A stretch of DNA of 64,000 nt from Fimbriosthenelais zetlandica. Its lineage: Eukaryota. Both the position numbers and the translations under genes were made by a program. The notes under the pieces were generated by a model. That model was not told the DNA's origin. It did no database searches and saw only the letters and a program-made list of their open reading frames with translations. The stretch lies in NCBI GenBank assembly GCA_977030845.1, contig OZ365114.1, positions 26,040,001 to 26,104,000 of the forward strand, given 5' to 3'. This document shows, in pieces, positions 29,999-43,393 of this stretch (position 1 is the first letter of the stretch; each line of letters begins with the position of its first letter).

Positions 29999-30040
29999 GT
30001 AGGTTCATCAAACACAATGTAATTTGTACCGTTTCTATTG

Positions 30041-30106
30041 CATTTTACTCTAAGGCATTACTCTAATCATTTTACTCTAAGGTATTACTCTAATCATTTT
30101 ACTCTA
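30041..30106. repeat. 27-bp tandem repeat (2.4 copies)
   Basis: CATTTTACTCTAAGGCATTACTCTAAT / CATTTTACTCTAAGGTATTACTCTAAT / CATTTTACTCTA; same motif family as 7033-7059. Confidence 0.85.
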
Positions 30107-33100
30107 TGGCTAGAGGGATTTCTTCTCAAGTCCTTCAGGTCAAAGTTAAAGTTACATTCAGCATCCCAAATTCACATGTCCGCTGGCTTAAAAATGATAA
30201 TTAATTAACCCTTTTTTGAAAGTAACACACCTTGAAATGTGGGTCATTTAGAATGGAAAACATATCCAATACAATCACGAGTATCATGATCATGTACACC
30301 GCACTCTCATTATATTTAGATAACATTCTTGTTCACCCTGAGTGCCCACTCTGGCCTGGAGTGCTCCAGGTGATAAGCTTCAAGTCTGACCGCTGGGTGA
30401 CCGCTATAGCTGGTCAGATAAAACAATGTATCCCTATCACCGGACACAATGTCCACCACGGCTATCTGTATGACACCTCGACCACGTACCTGAGATGACT
30501 TCTCTATATGTGATAAGAGAACAGAGATAGGAAGCAGGCAGATCTCATATCCGCCCGTCACGTTTTCTCCTATCGCCTCCTCCTACACACGGACTACCTT
30601 ACCTGTTACACCTTTACTCCATCTCACTATATATGATTCTCTGGGACTGTCCCTTTTGTTTCTAGCCAGTTTTCTGGTCAATACATGATGCACTTGAATT
30701 CAATATATATAGTGTGAACCAGTTCTTTGGCAGAAAAGCATTCCGTCCTGGAATTAGGCTACTCTTGGGAGACTATTCATTAACACTGTTCTCTCTGTTT
30801 GTTCTTTAAGATGTTCTTTAATATTAAGATGTCTTATTGTTAATTAAAAACAGTATAAAACATTGTTTGGGCAGCAAAGGACGCCTACGCCAAACTGGAT
30901 TTAGATTCAATTCAGTTGATCCCCACCAATTCAGTCTTAACACCAATTCAGTCTTTATCTACCCCCAACCGCTTCACCCCAGAAAATCATGATTACATTT
31001 GGAAAAAATGATAAACGATAAAAATGAACTTCTTAAAGCACTTTACCAGTTAGGTAGATCTCCATGATGGACGACCTCTGACATATCAAGTTGCTTGGGT
31101 GTATAAAATGATAGGAGAAAGTTAATGGGGAAATCAGTGAATGATGAGTGTGCCCCCGCCCCTTTTCACTGTTTTCACTCCATTCCCACGTTGACCCCCC
31201 ACCGAGGGCATTACACGGCCAGGTAAGGGGCGTCCAAGCTTCACCAAGCCCCAAACACACCTCTACCGTAAAGTCTCCAATATCCCCCACTATAACCCTC
31301 AAATGATCCAACTCAAGACAATTGTGCATCCACTCTAGGCAAGGCAGGTTCTACTAGAACTCGTCTGATAAAGTTTCTAAAAGAGTGGAAAGTAGTCTGG
31401 AAAGCAGTCTGCTAAGGGAGGATGTGACAAAAGGGGAATGAGTTCTTTCAAAGTACATTTAAATCGAAACGCAAACAGTCACTCCGTCCTGCATTAAGGA
31501 TTTGAGATTTGAAGTAACAACTTCTTAATATGAACAAGATATGTCCAGTCCACTTTCTCTTCATAAACTTACAAATAGTTGCCACTATTCCCACCTGTTC
31601 CACTAATAATCACCGACACAATCTTTGTATAAATGCACATTTCATATGCACCTGGAAATCATAAAGAACTTGAAAAAGTCTGATGTACGTTTAAATGTCC
31701 CATGTCACAGTTTTTGGGAGCATCAGATGAATTTATACGGTAATATAGCTGCCTCTACCCCCCGACCTTATCACATGGGCCAGATGAGACGCTGAATGGG
31801 GGGTGTATGTGAGGCGCAGGCCATTTCATCCACTTGGCCAGGTAGCAAAGTATGTACACAGGACATCTAGTTGAGGAACACATGTGATTTGTCTGAATTG
31901 TGGCTAGAAGTACATTAGTTTTGATGACTGTACATCATAGACGTGCTAGAAACCCAGACACTGAGTCTATACCTCTATACACTATGATTCACTACACCCC
32001 TATATTCACCCACCCAACGCACTTAACAATCTTTTGATGAAGTAAAAAGAAAACAAGTTGAGTTTATTTGAAAAGATATCATCTTTTAAAGCTATATATA
32101 CCAAGCTACATGTAATTGATCATCACTGCATCTTGGTCTAAAGACTGGATAAGTGAAAGATGAAATATATTTTTTAATTTTTTGTCCTGGATCTTTCGCT
32201 CATATCCGTCATATGAATAGTGGGCATACATAGGTCTACAGTTGGAACTGAATCATTATGTGTCACACAAAAACCACCATAAAACCTGATTCATGTAATA
32301 TATGCTTGTTTTTATGAGTACACGCAGGTGATCCGGGTGGGGACGGGGTCGTGCAGCCCCTGATTATCACGGATTAATTGATTAAATTATTTCAACACCT
32401 GCTCGTCTACTGCCATATCTGATCCTGTTATGGGCCTAGTTAATCCTGATGGCTCCATACTACATCATTCTGTCTCCTCACTATTGCGCATCGCAATATA
32501 CTTGTCAAAACACTCACGGACTCGTCCCATTACTGATATGATGATTACCTATTCTACTCAGCTCTGGACCAGTGGCTCTGTTTTACACCACTGATAAAAA
32601 ACACGCCCCGGGTTATACGCCGGTCACCCAAGGTCTCCATCTATCACTGTCTTAATCCTCGTCTTCAACCTCTGAATGATAATTAAATTGCTACAGTGTT
32701 TAGGTATAATTAAATGACACACAATAAGAGAATAACCTATGGCTTTTTTGTCATGATACACTAGACTCATTCTTCATGTCACTTGTGTCACATTAAAGAA
32801 GATTTTTACGTGACAAAATTTGACATGCTCAAACACCATGGTGGACTGATACATAACTGTCCCTAAAGTGCATCTCATTCTATTTAATACAATTATATCT
32901 GATCTGCCCAAAATAGACCAGCTATCCTCGAAATATGATCTAAGTGTTACTGAAAAGATAAATTGAATGATGTATGAGTGAAGAATGAGCTTTGATTATG
33001 AGAAAATAGTCTGAGTGTGAAGGTAGACTATACCTGTACTTGATGACAAGGTTGCATGGTGGGAGACTGAGATGGGGAGATGGGCGAGAGGTGGAAGATA

Positions 33101-35322
33101 ACGAAAGAAAGGAAAGATTCTGGAAGGAGTAGGAGCCTGGGGGATGGGGAATCTGGTATGGAGACGGGGAGAATGAGGGAAAAAGAGAAGATGGAGGAGA
33201 TAGGAAGTAGAGAGTTTTTTTCACTTTCTCCTCTCCCTGTAGTGGCAGATTGTGTCCAGGTGGGCTGATTCACAAGCTATATAATACAACATATCATTAT
33301 CTCCTAACTCGGCTCATGTTTGGCGTATATGTCCCTGTGAATTATAGATCAGGGCATTTTTATGTACATATGAGAGTGTGTGGTATAGAGTTAATGTCTA
33401 TGTTAAGGTATAAACATGGTGTATGATTACAAAGCACGTACTTTACTTTGATTGACATTACAACTATCACCAATGAAATCCATAATTGGTTGAAAAATAA
33501 TATAGTATTATGCATTAAATGTTGCACTTTCATATATCTTATATTTCCTATATTTCATGTATGGATTAGAGCAAGTATGGGAATATCGCACATGTGTTTG
33601 TTTCCTTTTCTTCTGTAAGTGTATTTCAAATACCCACATTGGCCATGTGAATAGTCAAACCAGCTCACTAATCTTTATTACAGATTACCCTCACAAACCC
33701 ATTTACTTTAATGAGGGTGAATTATGTTCCTGGAACCTGGATCATAAGTTGTCCTGATCAAAGGCCAGTGTCCGACTTCTAACCCTGTGAAAATCAATTA
33801 GAGCCATGATAAGATCATTTTCAGTGATTATCTGCCGCACCATTTGTACTGACTATGATATATGTGATCCCGGTATTCATACCTGTATGAAGCAATTGGC
33901 TTTTAAGCTTGTCTTGCAGCCATGACCATTATCAACATATAGTCAACCTAAACCACCGTGTCCTTCTATTGTACTTAGGCCTTAAAGCCAATGAATTAAC
34001 CTCACCCTTCACATGCTCAGACAACTATTGCCTGCCAGACCAGAACACAACTTTACAGCCGTTCCCCATTGCCTGATGATCATTTTATCATTGGGATCTC
34101 TTTGTGGAGTGGCGCGCGACAGCCTGCATTAGCGATGAATCTTTACCTTGCCAGGGGCGACAATGAGAGGGGTGGAGACAGGTTAAAACTTGGATGTGTC
34201 GAGGGTTTTCAGTTACAGATCTCCTTCAACTCATGTTCATAAATCAGATGTGAGACTGAAATGCATGGACACCTCTGTTCAAGTCAGACCCATCTCTCAC
34301 ATCCTATTGCCTCCCGCTGTTTGTCTCCCTCTACCTCTTTGCTTGATAGGCATGGGTTAACTCGCTGCAGTTGTTTAGTTGAAACAGATGTAAGTCTATA
34401 CTCAAAAACCAGGTGGACCCAACGCTTATCTTCTATACGCCAAGCGTGAAGCCATTTTCACAGCATCCGAGCTGAAAATTGCCGGATCGCCTTGCAATTT
34501 AGGTGTTGCCTACCCTTACAATGAAGCAGATCCCCTGAGATTTATAGCGCAGAGTGGTGTCTGACTGCCGGACTGTTTGCTTTATAGTAAAATGTGGGGC
34601 TTGAAAAGTCAGAACCTAGCTGTGAATATTTACAGAAACACCATTTCCACATATGCCTCAGAATTACTAGTCTATAATTTCGGAGTTAAAATGAATCCTG
34701 GAGCCCATTTCATAACAAAATTTAGCCATAGACTTAGCATTGATAGTGTTTCTTTGGAAATAGGCCCCTGGTTTCTATTGCCTAAATCAATCTGAGAGAT
34801 TATGAATTTTCCCTCTGTGTTACAAAATGACAGTTATATCACAAAATATGAAGCTACATGATTTCCTGTAGATCATGAGCCTACTTTCAATTTGTCCATG
34901 TACTTCATGACCTAGACATACTTCCCCATTACAACTCTTGTCGGGAGTCCCCAGTCAAAGAGCAACCACTGTCTTTAGGACTGGCAGTGTAGGCGGCATG
35001 ACCTTTGCCTTTAAGCTCCTCCAAGCTTCTTGGGAAGAAATCGGCGATCAAAGCTTGAGAATGGAGGAGGGAGGAGCAGGAGAAAACCCCCGCCCGACTC
35101 CCCTCCCCAGGCTATGGGTGACAATAATGTCTTAGATCCTCTGAAGACTGCTACACTGTTTAAGTGGGTTGCCTTACAAGGGAAGGATGCATCAAATGGA
35201 CCTGTTAATCTCATGGCTGGTTTGGGTACAAGTACGCCAGGATCCAGCCATGACCTCCGTCTTATCAAAGTGGGGAAGGTATGGGTATGTTACCTCAGAG
35301 TCCTATCACTCTATGTTCTATC

Positions 35323-35516
35323 TTGAGAAAGCAGAACTTTCTATTGAGAAAGCAGAACTTTCTATTGAGAAAGCAGACCGTTCTATTGAGAAAGCAGACT
35401 TTTCTATTGAGAAAGCGGACCTTTCCACTAAGAAAGTAAAGCTTTTCTATTGAGAAAGGAGAGCTGTCTATTGAGAAAACAGACCTTTCTATTGGGAAAG
35501 TAGACCTTTCTATTGA
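35323..35516. repeat. 21-bp minisatellite, ~9 copies, internally palindromic unit
   Basis: Consensus TTGAGAAAGCAGAMCTTTCTA repeated from 35323; copies 1-2 are identical, later copies diverge and copy 6 is 22 bp. Each unit contains AGAAAG-N5-CTTTCT. Confidence 0.95.
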
Positions 35517-36409
35517 CAATGGACCAGACAAATTGCAATTCTTGAGCAATTTCTTCGGGGAATGAATACATATTTGTCTAATTAGAAGATGAGTTTGGAG
35601 ATTTTGCAGGGTGTGTTGGGCATGTTCCCCCTGCTGTGCATCTTTTCTTGTCTCCTTCTCTTCCCTCAAACCCCTCTTGTACTCCCGACCTGACCTCCAC
35701 TCATAATAAAGGTGAATCCTCTTAGTTGTAAAGCACTATGTTCCCTGGTGTTCCCTCTATGTCCCCGTAAACCTTACATGAAGGGAGTTATCACTACAAC
35801 ATGTGCAGGACTATACTTAAACCGACCCAACCTGAACCTTCACAACTCTACAAAGGCTGCGTCTCAGTACAAAACCTCATCCCTTCACTTACCCTAATTG
35901 TCTATCAACTATCTCAGCAATTTCCTCCCACCCCATATGCTCTAAACTTTCACTTGCCACCTTCTCCCACTCAGATGTAGTGAAGTTTCAAGGAAGCCAG
36001 TCCTGCAAAATATTCCTCGCCTTCTGTCAGTTGTTTGATGGTTTTATTTTGATGCCATATACTCGGGGAACATACGATACCTTTGCAACCCAAATAAACC
36101 CTGCTTTCCTACATGCACATGCTTGGTCCATGTAATCTGATCCAGGTTTTTGCTGCTGGACCATTTTCTACCAGATGCTCTGAGCACACACCTCAGTAGG
36201 CAATGTTTGTCAGACTGACAACAACGTGTGACAGGAGTGAAGTCTGGCATACTTATGATACAGCAGCGGTCAAAATAATTGGCCTTTTTGCCATATTTCT
36301 CCTGATAATTGCCAGCTTTTGCAAGCTCCACTACACACTTATGTGGTTCTGCTACATTGATTTTGACTGGTGTTTATTGTTTTAAGACTCTCTTGAGAGA
36401 CCTTAGATG

Positions 36410-36513
36410 TAAAGGTCAAAGACCTGACAATGTCTGGGGCAAAATAGTGTCAGCATTTGTGAAAAGTCGGTTCTTCTCAAACTTGTTAAATATGTGAAGC
36501 TATTTGACCTTTA
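36410..36513. mobile_element. Possible short MITE relic bounded by 11-bp inverted repeats
   Basis: TAAAGGTCAAA (36410-36420) and TTTGACCTTTA (36503-36513). Confidence 0.3.
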
Positions 36514-39359
36514 GGCACCTTACCAAATACGTTCTTATGCATTTTAAGATGTATATTGGACGGTCGATATTATTTGAAATAATAAATGGCAATAATCTGT
36601 CAAGGTTATGTAATGTGGACACATTGAGCCATGAGCAATGAAAAGATAATGAAATGCAAATAAATCTATTCAGAATTCATTTCCATGACCAAATCTCATG
36701 CCAGGGAACTGCTTAATGATTTCTCATTTCTCTAAGCCCCGATCCCATATGGCAATTGTGTCGTAGAAATTTGGACAGGCCATAATTAGTGTTCAGATAC
36801 TTAATATTCAGTGAAGTCACCTTCCATAAATCTGCATAAAAACCATCCCCTCGTATTTGGCCAAGGCTTTGTTATCTCGAAATTCCCTTAATTCGATTAA
36901 ATTTTACACAATATGCGGAATGTCATTTATCATTTTTCGTCTGATTACTCATGATTTGACCCTCATCAGTGAAGTCCCCTGCGAACCCTTTTTTCATTCT
37001 CTTCCAAAAAAAGCTTCCCTCACTAAAAATTTGCATTTCAATTAGCGCGGGTGAGAATATTAGGCAAAGGTTGATAAGAAACGATGTTGTATATCAGCCA
37101 CCATGTAATCAGTGTCTCCCAGTCTTCTTTATGTCTGAAATAATGAATCCATACATAATAATGAGAAAATTCAACTCACACATAGAATCCTTTGATGGTT
37201 TCCCATCAAGCTAAATTCAAACTTGACAGGCCTGTTTTGATTGAGTATAGAAAGATGTAATAAGATAAAGTCCTTTTGTCTGTTGTTAAGGGAACATCAC
37301 ATATGTGTTGATGAACAACGATATCTGAAAAAACATATCCGGAAAAAAAGAATCTTTCAACGAAAGCAAAGTAATACAAAAGTATTGACATTGCTGGCAA
37401 TATATGTTATTGTAAATATAGTAGGAAAGTTTTCCTTCTGAAAGAACATTATTATCAAGAAAACACCGATCTCGTGATTTATTTTCCACAAGTACAATGG
37501 AAGACAGAATTTATTCTGGGAAAATAATATTAAGAATATAATAATATACTGATTTAAAGCTGAATACAAGATGAAAGGTCCCTGTTGTGAAGCGGCCTTC
37601 TATAATAGACCCTCCAAGGTAGAAACATGATGAATGATGAGCTTAAACATGACACCATCGCTCATGCCTACCACTGCATGGATCTATAAATATATGATAG
37701 GCAATCTCCAGCAAATTGGCCTCTGATATTCCCCCTCATCTCTTTCTCCCTGGTTATACCCATGTAACCATCCACTACAGGTGTGATGATGAAGCCTGTA
37801 TAAAGCCAGCCACGTGGATGAATTTACTTTACCAATAGTTCTTGCCAAGGATGGTTCTATCTAAAACAATAGCGTCCATGTGATTTTATGTTGATAATTA
37901 GTGACAGGCTTTGTCGAGTCTCTACTCGACTATTTACCACTATTGTCTGGTGATGTTGTGGCCGGGACCAGGTGTTATAGCCCTCTCTCCTCTCTTTTGT
38001 GGTCAGATATTGACTCACGCACTTATTGATCTTCTGGAGGCAATGTAAAGGACCACAGGGTCCTCATATCGATTGCTCTCACCCTAATTGGGTCATATTT
38101 AATCAACTAAAGAGCCCTTAGTGAGCCCAGCATATTGCCACGTACTCAGGGCGATTACGCACAGAAAGGGTGATCAGGAACAATGCACTGAAACATGTTC
38201 TCCAAAAGAAAATTTCCTCCGTGGAAATGTTCATGAATTCTCCGAGTTCCGTAACGCTCAGGATAGTTCACCTGAAACGACCACATCTGTCCATGCATGT
38301 AAGCACTTGCTATTCATCATTCAGCAACCGTTTGTGAAACCCATCTGCACCTCTCTCCATCATTCTACTCCACAGAAGGAGCTCTTTTTTTGGCGGTGAC
38401 GGTGCAGGGAAGTAATTGTTCTTTGAAATAGCATCACATTAAAATTGATAGTTCATTGTCTTTACCGTCTCCGAGGTGCTTCATAGAAGCGAGGGAGGAC
38501 AGACGTGGTGGTTAGCTGGCATTTGAGCACAAGTCCTCATCTTCAAATGAGATGAAATGTCAAAAGTCATGGGGTGATGACCTCGAAAAAAATAGTTCCT
38601 TGCTGGGATTTAGAACTTACCTGGACTGTTCGCCCACAACATCCTTAATCTGCTAGTGTTAGCTATTCATATCTCTTGTCATCTCTGTGGGAGCACTGAT
38701 ACTTTATTTACTGGTTTGCTGAATGAATCAGATGTTCACCTTAATACCTGCTGCAACATTAACAATCGTGATGGCTATAACTTTCTTCCAGTCTCACTTA
38801 GCCCAGTATGTAATTTACTGACGACTTTTGATATCTGAAAGTATATCTGAAACATATCTGAAAGTGTGGCAACTAAATCTTATGCCTTGAACAGACCAGA
38901 GCATTTTTGCAGTCGCACTTATGGCAAAGATGACTCTTTATAGACATACCCTCATTGGTTTGTCTCAATTTGTGCACTTCTAGCCGAGAGCGTGTATGCC
39001 TAAATATGCCTAATCGAGTGGATAGCCTGAATGTCTTAGAAATGCTAGACTGGCATGCTTGATTGCTGGTGTTGTTTCTCGCATGATAAGAAAGTCGCAA
39101 GCAAAATGGAGGCATTCGCAGTGTGTTCCATCCAGGCATTAGTCTAGTACTGAATACCAAGTCTGTATTAACACTTCGCGCTAGCTTCAGATGAGGTTTT
39201 GACATTATTCAGTTACCTACTGACCCTTTAGCAGTCGTCCAGGATCAGACCCACTCATACCTCTTCCTTACATGCCACCTTCAGTCCGCCTGCCTCGCCA
39301 GGCCTCCTATCTCTGACCATGTTCACGCAATGGCCTGTCAATATCAATGGCCATCACAT

Positions 39360-39850
39360 GTAAAGATGGCGGTTTACACTTATGGATTGGTGGGTGTCGG
39401 AGAAAATGACATTACTCCTGGCCAGTTCTACATGTACCTCTGTCTCTTAGAGGTTGGGGCCTGGCTGCAGGCCTCCCTGGCATGCTAGGTCGAGCAGTGG
39501 ATCATGATCACCCCGCTGACATGGGATCAATAAGAAATTGACCATCACCTTCGTCCGCTCGCCACTCTCGGGGTCGCCTGGTCAGTCTTATTTATGAGCA
39601 GCCTTTTCTCCGGCCATCTATTCCTAGTCTGGTTTACTGAGCTGAGAGGGCTGTTGATTGGGATACGAGCACGGTGGGTCTCTTGTATAATGCCAGATCC
39701 ATGTACTCACTCGTAGGTTCCGTATTTTAGCGCGGGATGGAAGCCGGGGCGTGATCCGCCATTGGTCAGTTTTATTGGTACTCCGGGGCAATGTGGACGT
39801 ACGTTAGACGTCCCATTTGACGTGATGATGGACCCGGCTCATTTATTTCC
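39360..39850. promoter_or_regulatory. CpG-rich promoter-like region (YY1, twin CCAAT, CRE-like)
   Basis: AAGATGGCGG (YY1) at 39363-39372; ATTGG at 39761-39765 and 39774-39778; TGACGTGA at 39818-39825; CpG retained. Confidence 0.45.
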
Positions 39851-42800
39851 CTGCCCGATTCACACACGAATCTCTAGAGTCTAACACCCCAGAGAAAAAA
39901 AAATCGGTGGGTGTAATAATTCTACAGTATAATGTACAACAAACACTACTCCCTGACCGACAAATAAGATATAAAATATACATTAAAATCAAAATGTTTC
40001 TTTAACATTACATCATCTCATGTGATGCAATTCATTTTAGTTTATATTCAATGTTGCCTCGTTTGGAGAGGATGGTTGCATGTTCAGCAATTACTGTTCA
40101 TGCTGATTTCTAGTGTTGTCTCAAGTGCCTTCAATGGTAGGCCTATTAGATTGGAGTTTAACTTCAATCGTTTCTGGTGAGGTTTCAGTAACCATCAGAC
40201 CAGTTTGAAATGAGACCTTGACGTGAGAATGGACACCGATGGAAGGAACCCCCTGGCTTCTGATGCATGATCATGCTTTAATTTCAAATCCTAATCGCCT
40301 TTGCATATTCCTGAATGGAGTTTATCCCAATGCTCTGCTTATCTACTGACATTGCATAGGCAATAAGGGCGGCTTTTCCCTTTCGGCGAATCACAGGTTT
40401 GGAATAGTGCTTTATCGGGTGGTGAATGACTTGTATTGACTGCCACTGCCGAGTCCGCCCCTCTAACACCTCCGGCATTTTGATTCATGTGAAATAGAAT
40501 AGGGCAGTAGGAAATGGGGGACGTCGGCACTCCCGCCGTCCTGGCCGGCATTTTATGCCAATGTGCCCCCTATCGGGCCATTTTCACACCTATACGTCCT
40601 TGATTTACACCCCTGAAGCATTTGCATGTGAAAAGGCTCAGTGTGAGGTGGAGTTTTCTACGAAAAGAAGGACGGATGCCTATGCATGTGATTAACCCAT
40701 GTTCCCGGCCATAAGCTCCCACCCTAATTGATCAGACTGACAAGTTGGGAAAAGGTTTTCGTGCATTCTAGATGTGCTTTAATTGGACCTTCCCTCAATG
40801 TCTCTCTTAATGTGGGCACAACTATAAGCACCGCATGCATGAATTACTAGTCGCCATTCAACATCATCTTCCACCCATCTCGCCGCTGAATTGCTGCTAT
40901 CGATTTCGTGCACCTGTGACTGGCTTTCGTCAAGGGGGGCAATGATTCGTGTTACAATCCCTGAGCAGATCCCCCCCCGCGCCCCCACCCGTCTTCCCCC
41001 CCTGTTCAGCCCCTCCTCGCCCATTTCTACATTAATCATGATTTTACCCAGGTTGTCATGAATTACAATCATGCCTCGCCCGGATTTGGTTGCCACACTG
41101 GTCGCCATGATGTATTGGTCGCCGGATCACATTATCCCAGTCTGCTTTATCCCACCGTCCTTGTTGATCGGTTTTACGTTTCAAAAAGGCCGCTTGTTTC
41201 AAAAAAGTGAATTGGTCTCTCTACTTATTCACCAGGCCGTCTCCAGGTTGCCGACTCCGCCCGAGCCAAGTGGCCGGGCTTTGTTTTGTTACACGATGAG
41301 GTGATCAATCTTCACGAGGATGTGTGACAACAAATGACAAATATCAAATTAAAACGATTTTGCTTGTTGTTGGCATCAATCAGAGAGTGATGACTTTGTC
41401 TGAGTGTAGAGACTAGATTGGTGAAGGCGGCTGTGGGGAGAGGTAGGCCTGACAGAGGATTGCTGGCTGGGTGGGTAGCTTGGCTTTTGACTGACCCTGG
41501 ACAGAACATGAGATGACTTCATCACTTGTTTGTATCTTCGCTTTCCAAATCATAATTAGACTTGCCTTGAGCCTAAATAGTTCTAATCGTTCTGGCTTTA
41601 GTGGCAAGTGAGAAGAAATCTCTCAGAATTTCCCTCTGAATCTTGCACCATGTGTTGCCTGATGCCCGGACAAAAGATATAACTCGTAGGGAGCGGAATT
41701 CAAAGAAAGGAAAAGCTAGGTCTATGTTCAGCAGCCCCGGGCCAGTCAATTTATCTCAGCTTCAGGCACGATTTCCACCTTTTGTATGACTACTTTTTAT
41801 CTTCAGGTGGAAATCCAAATGATTCATGCTCTCTCACCCTCCGCCCCATGTTCAAATTGAACTTTGCATGCCTTCGCACAGTTACCAAAAGAACATAATA
41901 ATATATCCTCTTTTTGCAAAAAGCCTTCCTAGTCTTTCTCATTTCTCCCATTTCATAGATAACTATGTATAAAGATTTGTGTTAAAATAGATTATAGATA
42001 ACATGATTAAGGATGCAAGTTTTTAGGGGTCGGGTTCAATTTAACAGGAGCATGTGAAAATAGTAGATTGGGTCAACCTAATTGCCTACTCAATGTTTTG
42101 ACAATGATTCAACTTCATGCAATGTAACGGTCCATCAGCACAACTATTTTTTCTCCCGACCCATATTTAGTTCATCTTTTGTTCTCAAGCAAGAATGTCC
42201 GTCAGTCCGTGCTTAATCCAAACCCTAAACCGTGCCTAATAATGAACTCTCCAGAGCGAAACGAAACTCTTTGGCCTTAGCACGTGCAAACTGTACAATC
42301 TGTCAAATAAACCAATGACAGCATCGGGACATAATCAATTACTTTGTCCAATTAAAATGGAAATTCTCCCGTCCCAGATCAACCTGGTTCCGCTGGTTCT
42401 CGCTGCCCGTATTCCCCCTTTTCTATTGTTTCATGGATTGCTCATTTTAATATCAATACAGCGTGCAAATATTTTTTTCTCGGGCTTGCCGCGCGCTGGG
42501 GGTTATGGGAAGGCAGGGCAGGTCAGGCAAAACATGCCTCCCGCCAACTGTCACATGGGTATGGCCTCATTTGCATAATACCCATTCCAACGGTGGAATT
42601 AGTCAACATTTGTTCAACGGACATTAACTTCTTTTCAATTAATCTACTCGTTGCTTTGTATTTTATGGGATTCCAGCACAAAAGGTTGGGATTTGTTGGC
42701 GGGATGATTTGGAATATTGTCATGCCACGGAGCCTTGCTGCTGCAACTCTCTGATTAAGAGGTTAAAAATGTCACTTATATTTAATTCAGGATTTCAGGT

Positions 42801-43327
42801 TTTGTCCATTCTTTGAATATTAAAACTTATTTCCTTGATTCAGGAGGGGGGAAAGAGTGAATTTTAAATCCTTGGTGGAATTCGTCTTCAGGTACCGAGA
42901 GAAATCTGAGATGGAATCTTGGGCTCTCTGGCCCCAAGAGTCAAATTGATACAGAAAAGGGGTTTTGGAGGAGTCAAAAGCAATCATCTTATTTCTTAAA
43001 GAGCTTACATAAGAGAAGTCCCTGAAGAATCAGCCCCCTAAAGATGCATTACTAAATAAATCCAAAATGTAATTACCAAATGTCAGAACTGCAGAATTAA
43101 ACAAAAGCTTCCTAAAAGGAACTGTGATGCAAGTTCGTGGAAAGGCTTTGTAATTAACTGTTCCCAAAGGCCAAAGATATAACAAATGTACAGACCCATC
43201 AGTGAAGTCCTTTGCTGGATTTTCTAACTCACTCTCGCTCCGTTTGACCCCAAACCTTTAAAATGTCAATTAAGCAATGTGATTCCTGAGTACAGATTCT
43301 TTCACTGGTTGTATTCATACATATCAT

Positions 43328-43393
43328 GAAATTTTCTGTCTCTGTTCAGGAAATTTTCTGTCTTTGTTCAGGAAATTTTCTGTCTCTGTTCAA
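43328..43393. repeat. 22-bp tandem repeat (3 copies)
   Basis: GAAATTTTCTGTCTCTGTTCAG / GAAATTTTCTGTCTTTGTTCAG / GAAATTTTCTGTCTCTGTTCAA. Confidence 0.9.

Noticed and set aside
35323-35516. CRISPR-like interpretation of the 21-bp palindromic array
   Set aside because: The units are contiguous with no unique spacers, the context is eukaryotic and there are no cas genes.
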